NCBI GenBank assembly: GCA_035472915.1
Contig: DATIOS010000205.1
Coordinates: 1-38,319, forward strand
DNA length: 38,319 nt
Direction of reading: 5' to 3'
Source: Thermoanaerobaculia bacterium
Lineage (GTDB): Bacteria; Acidobacteriota; Thermoanaerobaculia; Multivoradales; UBA5704
The notes below the pieces were generated by a model. The model had not been told where the DNA came from. It was given only the letters and a program-made list of their open reading frames with translations, and did not search any database. A program made the position numbers and the translations under genes. Below, piece after piece: positions 7,670 through 16,291 of this stretch (positions within the stretch are counted from its first letter, which is position 1; each line of letters begins with the position of its first letter).

Positions 7670-8581
7670 ATGAGCTTAGCCTCTGATTCCCAGCCGGCCC
7701 TCGCCCTTCTCCACTCCGCCCAGCGGATCGGTTTTGCCTTTTCCGGTGGCTCGGCCCGGTGCGCCTTCCAGGTGGGTGTCATCGAGAGCCTTGCGGAGAT
7801 GGGAATCCGTCCCGCCCTGACGACCGCCGTCTCCTCCGGAGCCTGGAACGCCATGGCCATCGCCGCCGGCACCGAAGGACGGCTGCGGCACTACTGGCGG
7901 GCCTTCGCCCGCATGCCGACGGTCGATCTCCGCAATCTGGTCCGCGAGCATTCGCCCTATCTCTTCAGTGAGAAGCATCGGCGCACCTTCTCCAGGTACG
8001 TGGGCGTCGACCGCCTCCGCCGCCCCGAGGCGCTGCCGGCGTGGATCGGCGTCACCCGGCTGCGGGACCGAAAGGCCGTCTACATTGACGCCCGGCTGTC
8101 CGCAGACCCGCTCACCCTCGGCCTCGCCTCGAACTACGTGCCGCCCTTCTACACTCACGCGCCGCGCATCGACGGCGAGCGGTGCGGCGATGGCGGCCTG
8201 GCGGACAATCTTCCCTACCGCAAGGCGTTCGAGGAAGGCTGTGACGCCGTCGTGCTGGTCACCATGAAAGGGGAGAGCGAAGGGCTGCCGTACCGCAACG
8301 GACACGATCCGCTGCACGAAATCCCCTCGCCGTTCCGCGAGCGGACGGTGGTGATCCGCCCCCGGCACCGGCTGCCCTGCGCCTGGACCGAGCGGCGTTG
8401 GCCGGTGCTCGCCCAGATCATCGAGATCGGGCGGCTGCGGGCGCGCGAGGTCATCCTGGGCGAAACCCACCCGGAGTGCCAGCTGCGCGGGGAGATGAAT
8501 CCCATCAAGAAGGTCATCAGCCGGTTCCTGATGATCCGGGTGCTGGCCGCGGCGACGCCCCGGATGCCTTCGGCGCCTTAA
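7670..8581 (+). CDS. Patatin-like phospholipase family protein
   Basis: FSGGSARCAFQVGV is the GGxR oxyanion motif. AVSSGAWNA is a variant of the GxSxG nucleophile elbow, and GDGGLADNLP carries the catalytic Asp in a DGG motif. I prefer ATG 7670 over the TTG at 7622. Confidence 0.8.
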   Translation: MSLASDSQPALALLHSAQRIGFAFSGGSARCAFQVGVIESLAEMGIRPALTTAVSSGAWNAMAIAAGTEGRLRHYWRAFARMPTVDLRNLVREHSPYLFSEKHRRTFSRYVGVDRLRRPEALPAWIGVTRLRDRKAVYIDARLSADPLTLGLASNYVPPFYTHAPRIDGERCGDGGLADNLPYRKAFEEGCDAVVLVTMKGESEGLPYRNGHDPLHEIPSPFRERTVVIRPRHRLPCAWTERRWPVLAQIIEIGRLRAREVILGETHPECQLRGEMNPIKKVISRFLMIRVLAAATPRMPSAP

Positions 8582-8660
8582 TGTCGCCTGTAAGGTTGGC
8601 TCTCTAAGATTCCTTACAGCACCTAGGGCTCCGCGCCCAGGCGGCAACGATTCCCTCAAA

Positions 8661-8710
8661 GCGGAGCGGCTGTCTCCTCATGCTCGAGAGCTGCTCCGCC
8701 TTTTTTATTT
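8661..8710 (+). terminator. Intrinsic terminator between the convergent patatin and M28 genes
   Basis: GCGGAGCGGC (8661-8670) pairs with GCTGCTCCGC (8690-8699): 10 bp including one G-U, followed by CTTTTTTATTT. An A-run on the other side could serve the minus-strand gene weakly. Confidence 0.5.
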
Positions 8711-8719
8711 CCCTTCGTT

Positions 8720-10039
8720 CTAGCGACCCGGCGGCTTGGCCGGCACGCTATCCAGCGGCGGTCTGGGAGCCGGCACGCACGGCACGGCGAAGCTCTTGTG
8801 ACCGTTCTTGCCGATGCTGCGCACGGCGAAGAATTCATTGTCCGTGCTGGTGTTTTCCAGCACCACCTGGCCAGGCTGCTCCACCGTCCGCAGGACCTTC
8901 CAGCGCGCATCGGTCGTCTCCCGTTGGAGGATCTCGAAACCCTTGCGCTCAGGGTCCGGCTCCGCGTCGATCGCGATCTTCGCCGCCGCCGTAACGGCGC
9001 CCCCCAGCACCGCCGACTTCGGGGGCGCCGGCGCCGCGGCCAGCTCCGCCAAAATGGCCTGATTGAGCGCCGCGACCTCGGCCAAAAAGGGGAAGTCCAT
9101 GAACTTGATCAGGTCGCCATACTCGACGCCCTTTTCTTCCCGCACGGTCTGGTGCTGGTGCTCGTAGACTTCCAGGGGCTCGGTGAAGCGAACGGCGGGC
9201 AGACCCGCTTCCACGAAGGGAAGATGATCGCCCCCGCGGCCGAAGCGGTCGCGGCGAAAGACGAGCCGCACCCGTTCGCGCCCCACCACCTCCTCCAACC
9301 GGCGGGCCATCTCCCGGCCGGGAGAGTCGACGCCGTCCGGCCCGCCCTCGCTGAAGACGCGCGGCCGCCGGTCCTTGGAACCGTTGGTGGCGCCCACGAT
9401 GTCGTCGGTGATCATGCCGCCGACCTGATAGCCCTGCTGGCCGAGCCACTCCTTGAGACGTCTGGCTCCCAGCAGACCCTGCTCCTCGCCGGCCACGGCG
9501 GCGAACACGAGAGTGGCGCGAAAGCCCTGGGCCTGAGTCGAGAGGGCGTGCGCCGAGAGGATCGACGCCGCCACTCCCGAACCGTCGTCATCCGCCCCCG
9601 GCGCGTCGACCTTCGGGTCCATGACGTCCGAGGCGCGGGAGTCGAGATGGCCGGAGATGGCATAGGCCGTGCCCTTGCGCAAGGGGTCGGTGCCCTCGAG
9701 GACGGCGTAGACGTTCTCCATGGGCACCTTGGCGTTGCCGGTGCGCGGGCCGCTCGTCTCGTACTTGTCGACGATGACCTTGAGCCGGCCGCCCGACTTG
9801 GCGGCGATCTCCCCGAAACGCTTCACCACCGCGTCCCGGCCGCAGCCGATCCCACGTTGGGGGTCCGTCCAGGACGACAGGGAGTTGCGCGTGCCGCAGG
9901 CCACGAGCTCGGAGACGATGGCCTTGGCCTCGGCCGCGGCAGCCGCGGAAGTACCGGACCCAGGGCCCGGTGCAGCGAAACCGGGAATCGCCGAAAGGCA
10001 GAGACCGGCGAGGGAGAGGAGAGCACGGAACGGCGGCAT
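8720..10039 (-). CDS. M28 family metallopeptidase (secreted aminopeptidase-like)
   Basis: ISGHLDSRASDV....APGADDDGSGVAASILSAHAL is the M28 zinc-ligand region. ATG 10039 is preceded by AAGGAG and gives the signal peptide MPPFRALLSLAGLCLSAIPGFA. The longer track start at 10174 lacks an RBS. Confidence 0.85.
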   Translation of the reverse strand: MPPFRALLSLAGLCLSAIPGFAAPGPGSGTSAAAAAEAKAIVSELVACGTRNSLSSWTDPQRGIGCGRDAVVKRFGEIAAKSGGRLKVIVDKYETSGPRTGNAKVPMENVYAVLEGTDPLRKGTAYAISGHLDSRASDVMDPKVDAPGADDDGSGVAASILSAHALSTQAQGFRATLVFAAVAGEEQGLLGARRLKEWLGQQGYQVGGMITDDIVGATNGSKDRRPRVFSEGGPDGVDSPGREMARRLEEVVGRERVRLVFRRDRFGRGGDHLPFVEAGLPAVRFTEPLEVYEHQHQTVREEKGVEYGDLIKFMDFPFLAEVAALNQAILAELAAAPAPPKSAVLGGAVTAAAKIAIDAEPDPERKGFEILQRETTDARWKVLRTVEQPGQVVLENTSTDNEFFAVRSIGKNGHKSFAVPCVPAPRPPLDSVPAKPPGR

Positions 10040-10116
10040 TGCGGGCTCCTTTGGAGGTTGCGGTTCAAGTCCGGGGCTGAATCCTACTCCAGGTTTTCCC
10101 GTGTACACTTGAGCGT

Positions 10117-10686
10117 ATGGATGCCTCGCTCGTCCGGCCGGGCCACACCTACGAGGATCTCCTCGCTTCGTCACCCCGTGGCCGGCAGTGCGAGCTCTTC
10201 GAGGGCGAGCTTTTCGAGTCCCCGGTTCCCTCCCTGCCTCACCAGCGGACGGCCCAGCGACTGGCCCGGGCGTTTGAGGAGGCGCTGCGGGACGGCTCGC
10301 GCGTGATTGCCTCTCCCGTCGACGTGATCCTCGCCCGCAATACCGTGGCCCGGCCGGACCTCGTCGCCGTCCTCGCGGACCACCTCGCCATCGTCGACGA
10401 GGAAGGCGTCGGGGGAGTCACGGTGCACGGCGCGCCCGATTTGATTCTCGAGGTCCTCTCTCCCGCCACCGTCCGGCTGGACCGGGTGATCAAGATGGAC
10501 GCCTACGCGCGCTACAGTGTGCCGGAGCTCTGGTTGGCGGACGGGGCCGCGAAGCTGATCGAAATCTTCCGGCTGGACCGCCATGCCCAGCTCTACCGCC
10601 TGACCGAGACCTGCCTCCCCGGCGACCGGGCGCGAACGCCGCTGGTGCCCGGGCTGTCGGTGGAGGTGGGGCGGCTGTTCGGGTGA
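10117..10686 (+). CDS. Uma2 family (DUF820) endonuclease, second copy
   Basis: RPDLVAV ... APDLILEVLSPATVRLDRVIKMDAYARYSVPELWLAD is the Uma2 core motif set. Confidence 0.8.
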   Translation: MDASLVRPGHTYEDLLASSPRGRQCELFEGELFESPVPSLPHQRTAQRLARAFEEALRDGSRVIASPVDVILARNTVARPDLVAVLADHLAIVDEEGVGGVTVHGAPDLILEVLSPATVRLDRVIKMDAYARYSVPELWLADGAAKLIEIFRLDRHAQLYRLTETCLPGDRARTPLVPGLSVEVGRLFG

Positions 10687-10734
10687 GGGTTTGTCTTTAC
10701 AGGGTGCCGTGATCGGTCCCTGGCTTCCGGAAAT

Positions 10735-13700
10735 TCAGCCCCGGGCGGCCTTTTCGGCAAGGGCCTGCTCCGCCCTTTGCGCGAGCCGCTTGTAGCCCCG
10801 GGTCTCCGCGCTGCGCCGAGCGGCTTCGAGCGTCGCGCGACCGGCGGCCGTGCTGCCGGTCGCCAGCTCGAGGGAGCCCAGGGCGACCCGTGCTTCCAAT
10901 CCGGCGGCGACGAGTCCGAGCCGGTCTGCCTGTGCGACCGCGCTCCGCAGTCGTTCGAGCGCCTCCGCCGGGGTCGCGGCGCCGGCGGAGGCACCGGCAG
11001 TCGTCACAAAGATCTGGAGATCGGGGTTGTCGCTCGGCTGGGCGAGGGCCGCGGCCTGGCTCGCGGCCTCGCCCGCCGGTTCGGGCCGGCCGGCGGCGAG
11101 AAGCGCCTGGGCCCGCACCGCCAGCGCACGCGCCTGATCGCGGAGCAGCCCCCGTTGGCCGTACCATTGCGCCACCTCGCCGGCGAGGCGCTCGGCCTCG
11201 GCCGGCTGGCCAGCGAACAGGTCGAGACGCGAGAGATCCAGGCGAATCTCGGCTCCCAGCAGTGCGGCCCGCCGCGCGTCGCAGAGCCGCAACGCCTCCG
11301 ACAGGCGCTCGCGCCCGCCGGCCAGGTCCCCGGTCGCAACCTGCAATCGCCCCTGCCGCTGCAGTGCCGCCGCGCTCACCAGGACGGCATGGATCTCCTG
11401 GGCCACGGTCCACTGCTCGGAGGCGTAGCGCTGGGCGGTCGCCAGATCCCCCTGCCGGTAGGCGAGGTCGGACAGGGCGCCCAGCACCAGGGCGGCCCCG
11501 ATCCGGTCGCCGAACCGGCGTTTTTCCTCCAGCGCATGGACGAGCCGGCGTCGCGCCGCCGGCAGCTCGCCTTGCAGAGTCAGCGTTTGTCCGAGCGAGC
11601 CCAGGTAGGAGGCAGCCTCGACCGGGTCTCCGTAGGACCGTGCCAGCCGGAAGGACTCCTCCTGGAATTGCCGGGCCTCGCGCAGCGAGCCGGTGGAGAT
11701 CAGGACGCGGCCGATGCCATTCAAGGCCCGCGCTTCTTCCACCCGGTTGCCGGACTTGCGGGCCTGGCTCAACACCTCGTCGTAGCGCTGCCGGGAGTCG
11801 GCAGCCTCGCCCAGGTCCCAGTCGGCTTCCGTCACCTTGAAGAGGCTCCGGGTGGCGTAGAGTGGATCGTCGAGCTCGACGAAACGCGCGTGGGCCTCGG
11901 CCGCCAGGGTGCGCGAGCGCTCGAGGTCGCCCAGGAACCCCGCCGCGAAAGCCAATCCCACGTTCTGGGAAGCAACCAGCTCGCGCGAGCCGATTTGCCG
12001 CGCGATGGCGAGCGCCTCCTGATAGTGCGTTTCGGCGCCGGCAAAGTCGCTGGTGTAAACCAGCACCGCGGCCATGCGATTCAGTGTGCGCGCCAGCGCG
12101 GCCTGATTGCCCGCCGTGGCGAAGAGGCCGCGAGCCTCCCGGAAACGGCCGAGCGACTCCGCCGGCCGGCCCATGGTGAACAGGGCGTCGCCCTGAAAGA
12201 GCAGGGCCTCGGCGATGAGCTGGCTCTGGGCCAGCCGCTTGCCCTTGTTGGCGGCGGCCGTGGCGGCCCGCAGCTCCTCCTCGGGATCCGCCAGCCGGCG
12301 AGCGATCTGTGCCGCTTGGAGGTCGATCCGGGGGTCGTCGCGCTGCGGCGACGGCAGTTGCCGCACCGCCGCCATCGTGGCGAGAGCCTCGCTGCTGCGG
12401 CCACTGATCGAGAAGCTGTTGGCCAGCAGCAGGCCGTAGTCGAGATTGTCGGGATAGAAGGTCCACAGCGAGCGGTAGATCTCCGACGCTTTGACCCACT
12501 CGCGGCTGGCCTCGTGAAACCGCGCCTCGATCGCCAGCCGTTGCTCGTTCGGCAGGGAGGCCGCGAGACGGACGGCCTCCCGCGCTTCCTCCAGGCCCTG
12601 CGCGTCGTGGCCGAGGCCCGTCCAGGCGCGCGACAGCGCCGAATGAATCACCGCCGAGTTGGGCTCGGCCGCCACCGCCTGTTGCAGCAGGTCGCGGGCT
12701 CCCTGCGCATCGTAGACGCGCAGCTTCTCGAGCCCCTGAGCGTAGGGACGTTCCGCCTCCGGGCTCTCCGGCTGCAGCTTCTGGGCCGCGCGCACCTGCT
12801 CCGGCGAAGGGTCGGCCCAGCCGAGCTCACGGCGCACCTCCCGGCCGAGGAGCGACACCAGATCGAACAGGTTGTCCTCGGTGCCGGCCTCGGGCAAGGA
12901 CGCGACCGTGTCGCCGGTCGGCGCCCTGAGCACGCGCAAATCGATGCGCAGCTTGCCATCCCCCCGGGCACCCAGGGAGAGATAGGAGCCCACGACCACC
13001 AGGTTGGCACCCAGTACGCGATGGATCTGCGCCAGGTTGTCCTCGCTCAGGTCGTCGAGCGAGGAGCCTGACGACAGTCCCAAGGATTGCCGGACGCGCG
13101 CGACGTCCTCACCCGACACGATGCGCGCCCGCGAGCCGGCTGAGAGCTCGGTGGTGAGCATCTCGGACAGTGCGGTTCCCAGCCAATCCTGATCGCGATT
13201 GCCGGAGAGGTTGCGGAAGCCGATCACCGCCAGCGTCGGCCGCGCGTTGACCGCGGCGGTGCCGGAGTCCGAAGTGCCCGACGGCGGTCGCGCCTGGATC
13301 TTTTCGAGGTAGAGGTAGTAGAGGCCGGCGACACACGCCGCCAGCAGCAGCCCCAGGCCGAGACCGGCGAACAGGAAACGGCGCCGGCCGCGGGGGTTCA
13401 GGAACGGCCGGGTGGCCACCGGCAGATCGGGGGTTGTCCGGGAGATTGCCGCGTCAGGGGACGAGGTCCGAGGGACCGGCTCCGGGTCGACCGGCGCAGC
13501 GACCGCCTCCGGCGGCAGAAGCGAGGCGATCAGGAACTCCCCCGTCGGCTCCCGGGGAATCTCGATGACGTCGGCGACGAAGCTGTACCCCCGCCCGGGA
13601 ACGGTCACCACGTAGCGATGATCGTTCGCCCGCTCTCCCAGCGCCTTGCGCAGCGAGGAGATGTTCTGGGTGAGATTGGCCTCGGTGACGAAGGTGTCCG

Positions 13701-13914
13701 GCCAGACCAACTGGATCAGCTCGTCCTTCTCCACCACCTCCCCGCGCCTTTCCAACAGGATCAGGAGGATCGAGAAGGCTTTTGGAGTGAGCGCAACCTG
13801 CTCGTGGCTGCGCAGCAGGCGACGCCGGACCGGGTCTACCCGGAAGCCTCCGAACTCGTACAGGGATCTCTCGGTTCGGGTCTCTAGGGTGCTCATTTGG
13901 GGGTCGAAGCTCAA
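10735..13914 (-). CDS. CadC/OmpR-type winged-helix transcriptional regulator with TM segment, TolB-like module and long TPR array
   Basis: [74 protein letters not shown]...VPGRGYSF is a trans_reg_C domain. It is followed by a hydrophobic helix ([24 protein letters not shown]), then [11 protein letters not shown], then many A/L/R-rich TPR-like repeats. Confidence 0.85.
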   Translation of the reverse strand: MSFDPQMSTLETRTERSLYEFGGFRVDPVRRRLLRSHEQVALTPKAFSILLILLERRGEVVEKDELIQLVWPDTFVTEANLTQNISSLRKALGERANDHRYVVTVPGRGYSFVADVIEIPREPTGEFLIASLLPPEAVAAPVDPEPVPRTSSPDAAISRTTPDLPVATRPFLNPRGRRRFLFAGLGLGLLLAACVAGLYYLYLEKIQARPPSGTSDSGTAAVNARPTLAVIGFRNLSGNRDQDWLGTALSEMLTTELSAGSRARIVSGEDVARVRQSLGLSSGSSLDDLSEDNLAQIHRVLGANLVVVGSYLSLGARGDGKLRIDLRVLRAPTGDTVASLPEAGTEDNLFDLVSLLGREVRRELGWADPSPEQVRAAQKLQPESPEAERPYAQGLEKLRVYDAQGARDLLQQAVAAEPNSAVIHSALSRAWTGLGHDAQGLEEAREAVRLAASLPNEQRLAIEARFHEASREWVKASEIYRSLWTFYPDNLDYGLLLANSFSISGRSSEALATMAAVRQLPSPQRDDPRIDLQAAQIARRLADPEEELRAATAAANKGKRLAQSQLIAEALLFQGDALFTMGRPAESLGRFREARGLFATAGNQAALARTLNRMAAVLVYTSDFAGAETHYQEALAIARQIGSRELVASQNVGLAFAAGFLGDLERSRTLAAEAHARFVELDDPLYATRSLFKVTEADWDLGEAADSRQRYDEVLSQARKSGNRVEEARALNGIGRVLISTGSLREARQFQEESFRLARSYGDPVEAASYLGSLGQTLTLQGELPAARRRLVHALEEKRRFGDRIGAALVLGALSDLAYRQGDLATAQRYASEQWTVAQEIHAVLVSAAALQRQGRLQVATGDLAGGRERLSEALRLCDARRAALLGAEIRLDLSRLDLFAGQPAEAERLAGEVAQWYGQRGLLRDQARALAVRAQALLAAGRPEPAGEAASQAAALAQPSDNPDLQIFVTTAGASAGAATPAEALERLRSAVAQADRLGLVAAGLEARVALGSLELATGSTAAGRATLEAARRSAETRGYKRLAQRAEQALAEKAARG

Positions 13915-14247
13915 AGCCAGGAGTATCCGCAGCGCTTCCTAGAGACCGCCGCCCCCCGCTCGAAGCCCACGAAGTTTAACGGATTGTACATCAGGGGCGG
14001 ATAGGGCGTCTTTGAGGCGGCTTTGATGTTTTTTGAGGAAGCTTGAGGGAAACCGTGAGGACTCTTGAGCCCGCCCCCCCCTACACTCCAGCCATCGCAG
14101 CACCCGAGGGGAGGGAGGGCGGCGCACCGGAGGGAAGGCCGCTACTCCAAGTTACTTTGAAGTTTTGTTTTGGGATTCTTATGTCGGGTGGGAGGAGAGG
14201 AGCTTTTGCCTTCTGAGTCAGTGATTTAGAGGTCTGTTTTGGGGTGA

Positions 14248-14285
14248 GACCCGGCGGAGCAATCCAGTCCGGGTCCTTTCTTTTT
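14248..14285 (+). terminator. Weak hairpin + T-run in non-coding region
   Basis: GACCCGG (14248-14254) pairs with CCGGGTC (14269-14275), followed by CTTTCTTTTT. Confidence 0.35.
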
Positions 14286-14324
14286 GAAGTCTTCCGCAAA
14301 GGCGCAAAAGTAGCGTAAGGTAAG

Positions 14325-14368
14325 GAGCCTGCAACCGGCCCGTCCGGTTGCAGGCTCTTCTGTTTTCC
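14325..14368 (+). terminator. Strong rho-independent terminator without an upstream CDS (orphan terminator or leader)
   Basis: Perfect 14-bp stem, GAGCCTGCAACCGG (14325-14338) with CCGGTTGCAGGCTC (14344-14357), loop CCCGT, then TTCTGTTTTCC. It lies about 100 nt upstream of the phosphoesterase start. Confidence 0.6.
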
Positions 14369-14469
14369 AGCGGAGCTCAGCGGCGTCCGGGCGGCTCCGA
14401 TCTTGCATCTCGCAAATCCTCCATCAAGCCGGCGTTTTCGGCTTCTGCTGAGCAGGGAGGGCCAGGGAC

Positions 14470-14949
14470 GTGGGACAGCGGTCGGTGCCGACGGCGGGGA
14501 TACGGGTGGGCGTGGTGTCGGACACCCACAACCTGCTGCGTCCGCGAGTGCTCGAGCGCCTGACCGGCTGCGAGCGCATCCTCCATGCCGGCGACGTCGG
14601 CGATCGCGGAATCCTGGACGAGTTGGGGCGGATCGCGCCGGTGACGGCGGTCCGCGGCAACACCGACACCGGCATCGCGGCTGAGCTCCCTGAATCGCTG
14701 GCCGGCGACCTTGGCGGCCTGCCATTCCGTATGGTGCACCGCCGGGAGGATGCCAATCCGGCTTGGCTGCCCGGTTTACGCCTGCTGATCTTCGGCCACT
14801 CGCATCGGCCGGAGATCGAGTGGCGGGGCGACTGCCTGCTGCTCAACCCGGGCGCCTGCGGCCCGCGACGCTTCCATCTCCCCCTGACCCTCGCTATCCT
14901 CACCGTCGCCGGCCAACGGATCGTGCCGGAGATCCTGGCCGTCGAGTGA
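14470..14949 (+). CDS. MJ0936/YfcE-type metallophosphoesterase
   Basis: RVGVVSDTHN, ILHAGDVGD, VRGNTD, FGHSHRPE and LLLNPGA are the calcineurin-like phosphoesterase motifs in order. GTG 14470 has AGGGAGGG upstream. GTG 14506 is an alternative start. Confidence 0.85.
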   Translation: MGQRSVPTAGIRVGVVSDTHNLLRPRVLERLTGCERILHAGDVGDRGILDELGRIAPVTAVRGNTDTGIAAELPESLAGDLGGLPFRMVHRREDANPAWLPGLRLLIFGHSHRPEIEWRGDCLLLNPGACGPRRFHLPLTLAILTVAGQRIVPEILAVE

Positions 14950-15007
14950 CCTTACGGGGCCGATCGAATTCCGGCGCTTCCATTCTTAGATCCCTCAAGG
15001 AGAGAGC

Positions 15008-16288
15008 ATGCGATATCACCTCCGCGTCACCTCGCTGGGCCTGCTCGTCGCACTGTTCGGAGCCTCGCTGGCTGCCGCGTCGGGCTTTGGGTTGTTCCAG
15101 CACGGCGCCCGCGCCATGGGCCAGGTGGGAGCGTTCACGGCTCGCGCCTCGGAGCCTTCAGCGGTCTATTACAACCCGGCGGCCATCACCAAGCTGGATG
15201 GCTTCCAGCTCCAGGCCGGCTTGGATTTCAGCAATGCCACCGATCAGTACCACAGCGCCACGGGCAACTTCGAGGCGCACCACGTCATCCAGTTCCCTCC
15301 CCACCTCTACGCCACCTGGAAACCGAAGGGCGGCAACCCTTTCGCCTTCGGCATCGGAATCGACTCGCCTGCCTACTACACCCAGGACTGGTTGGAGGCG
15401 TTGTTTCCCGGCCGCTTCCTCACCCGCCGCGTCGAGCTGCGGCTCTTCGAGGTGCATCCGGTGCTGGCCTATGACCTGGGCGAGGGGTGGAGCGTGGGCG
15501 CCGGCGCCCGGTACCTGCGCGGTAACTTCGACCAGGAAAAGAACGGCCTGATCGCCGTCACCCCGCCGCCAACCACCGTGGTCGAGGTCGAGCGCAACGC
15601 CGGCGCCAACGTCGACGCTTACGCCTGGGACCTCTCCGTCCATTATGCCGCGCCGCACTGGGGCTGGGGCGCCGTCTACCGCAGCGAGGCGGACCTCAAG
15701 GGGAACGGCAGCGTGGGTTACAGCGTGCGGAACCCTCCCGCAATCCCCGGCCTGGACGCGATCTTGAGCGCCCGCTTTGGCCCGGGCAGCATCAGCGAGT
15801 CGTTCACGATCCCCCAGGAGCTGCGGGGCGGTATCTGGTATGCCCCCTATCCCGAGCTGCGCTTCGAATTCGACGCCTCGTATCAGACCTGGTCGGACCT
15901 CGACACCACGGACATCACCTTCCATCCCGACGCTTTCGGCGACGGTCCCACCGTGCGCACGATCCGCGACTGGAAAGACACCACCGCCCTGCGCCTGGGA
16001 ATCGAGGGGGACATCACCGACAATCTTTCCCTCTTTGGCGGCATCGCCTCCGAGCCCTCGCCCGTGCCGGGAGCCACCCTGGAGCCCGGCTTCCCCCGCG
16101 GCGACGCCACGGTTTACGGCGCCGGCTTCACCTACAACTTCCCCCAGATCTCGTTCGACATGGCCTACTCCTACTTCTCCTACAGCAACCGCGGATCCGC
16201 CAACCAGGAGCTCGCGAACCCCGGCCGCACGGGTACCTACACCACCCGCGAGCAGCGGTGGGGAGCTTCGGTGAGGTGGCGGTTCTAG
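15008..16288 (+). CDS. FadL/OMPP1/TodX-family outer membrane transport protein
   Basis: Signal peptide, then GFGLFQHGARAMGQVGAFTARASEPSAVYYNPAAI, the typical N-terminal hatch motif. The body has alternating beta-strand character and ends in a C-terminal aromatic residue (WRF). Confidence 0.85.
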   Translation: MRYHLRVTSLGLLVALFGASLAAASGFGLFQHGARAMGQVGAFTARASEPSAVYYNPAAITKLDGFQLQAGLDFSNATDQYHSATGNFEAHHVIQFPPHLYATWKPKGGNPFAFGIGIDSPAYYTQDWLEALFPGRFLTRRVELRLFEVHPVLAYDLGEGWSVGAGARYLRGNFDQEKNGLIAVTPPPTTVVEVERNAGANVDAYAWDLSVHYAAPHWGWGAVYRSEADLKGNGSVGYSVRNPPAIPGLDAILSARFGPGSISESFTIPQELRGGIWYAPYPELRFEFDASYQTWSDLDTTDITFHPDAFGDGPTVRTIRDWKDTTALRLGIEGDITDNLSLFGGIASEPSPVPGATLEPGFPRGDATVYGAGFTYNFPQISFDMAYSYFSYSNRGSANQELANPGRTGTYTTREQRWGASVRWRF

Positions 16289-16291
16289 GGC

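Noticed and set aside
8588-8619. Perfect 8-bp hairpin (CTGTAAGG/CCTTACAG) just after the patatin stop, considered as a terminator
   Set aside because: It has a 16-nt loop and no following T-run. The better terminator candidate is at 8661-8710.
10040-10116. tRNA-like T-arm (GCGGTTCAAGTCCGGGG) in the M28/Uma2 intergenic region, possibly an att-site remnant
   Set aside because: Only a weak 3-4-bp stem can form. There is no D-arm, anticodon arm or acceptor complement (the 5' part would lie inside the M28 coding sequence), and no integrase is nearby.
7676-10306. Long antisense ORFs (7676-8659 minus strand, 8798-10306 plus strand) across the patatin and M28 genes
   Set aside because: Shadow frames of well-supported genes. 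No motifs, and extreme Arg/Gly/Pro content.
10697-12499. 600-aa ORF (plus 10777-13071 on the plus strand and several 100-300-aa ORFs) overlapping the winged-helix/TPR regulator
   Set aside because: The translations are Arg/Pro/Gly/Ala-rich low-complexity strings typical of off-frame or antisense reading of a high-GC gene. The in-frame 1059-aa product has clear domain signatures, so these are shadow ORFs.
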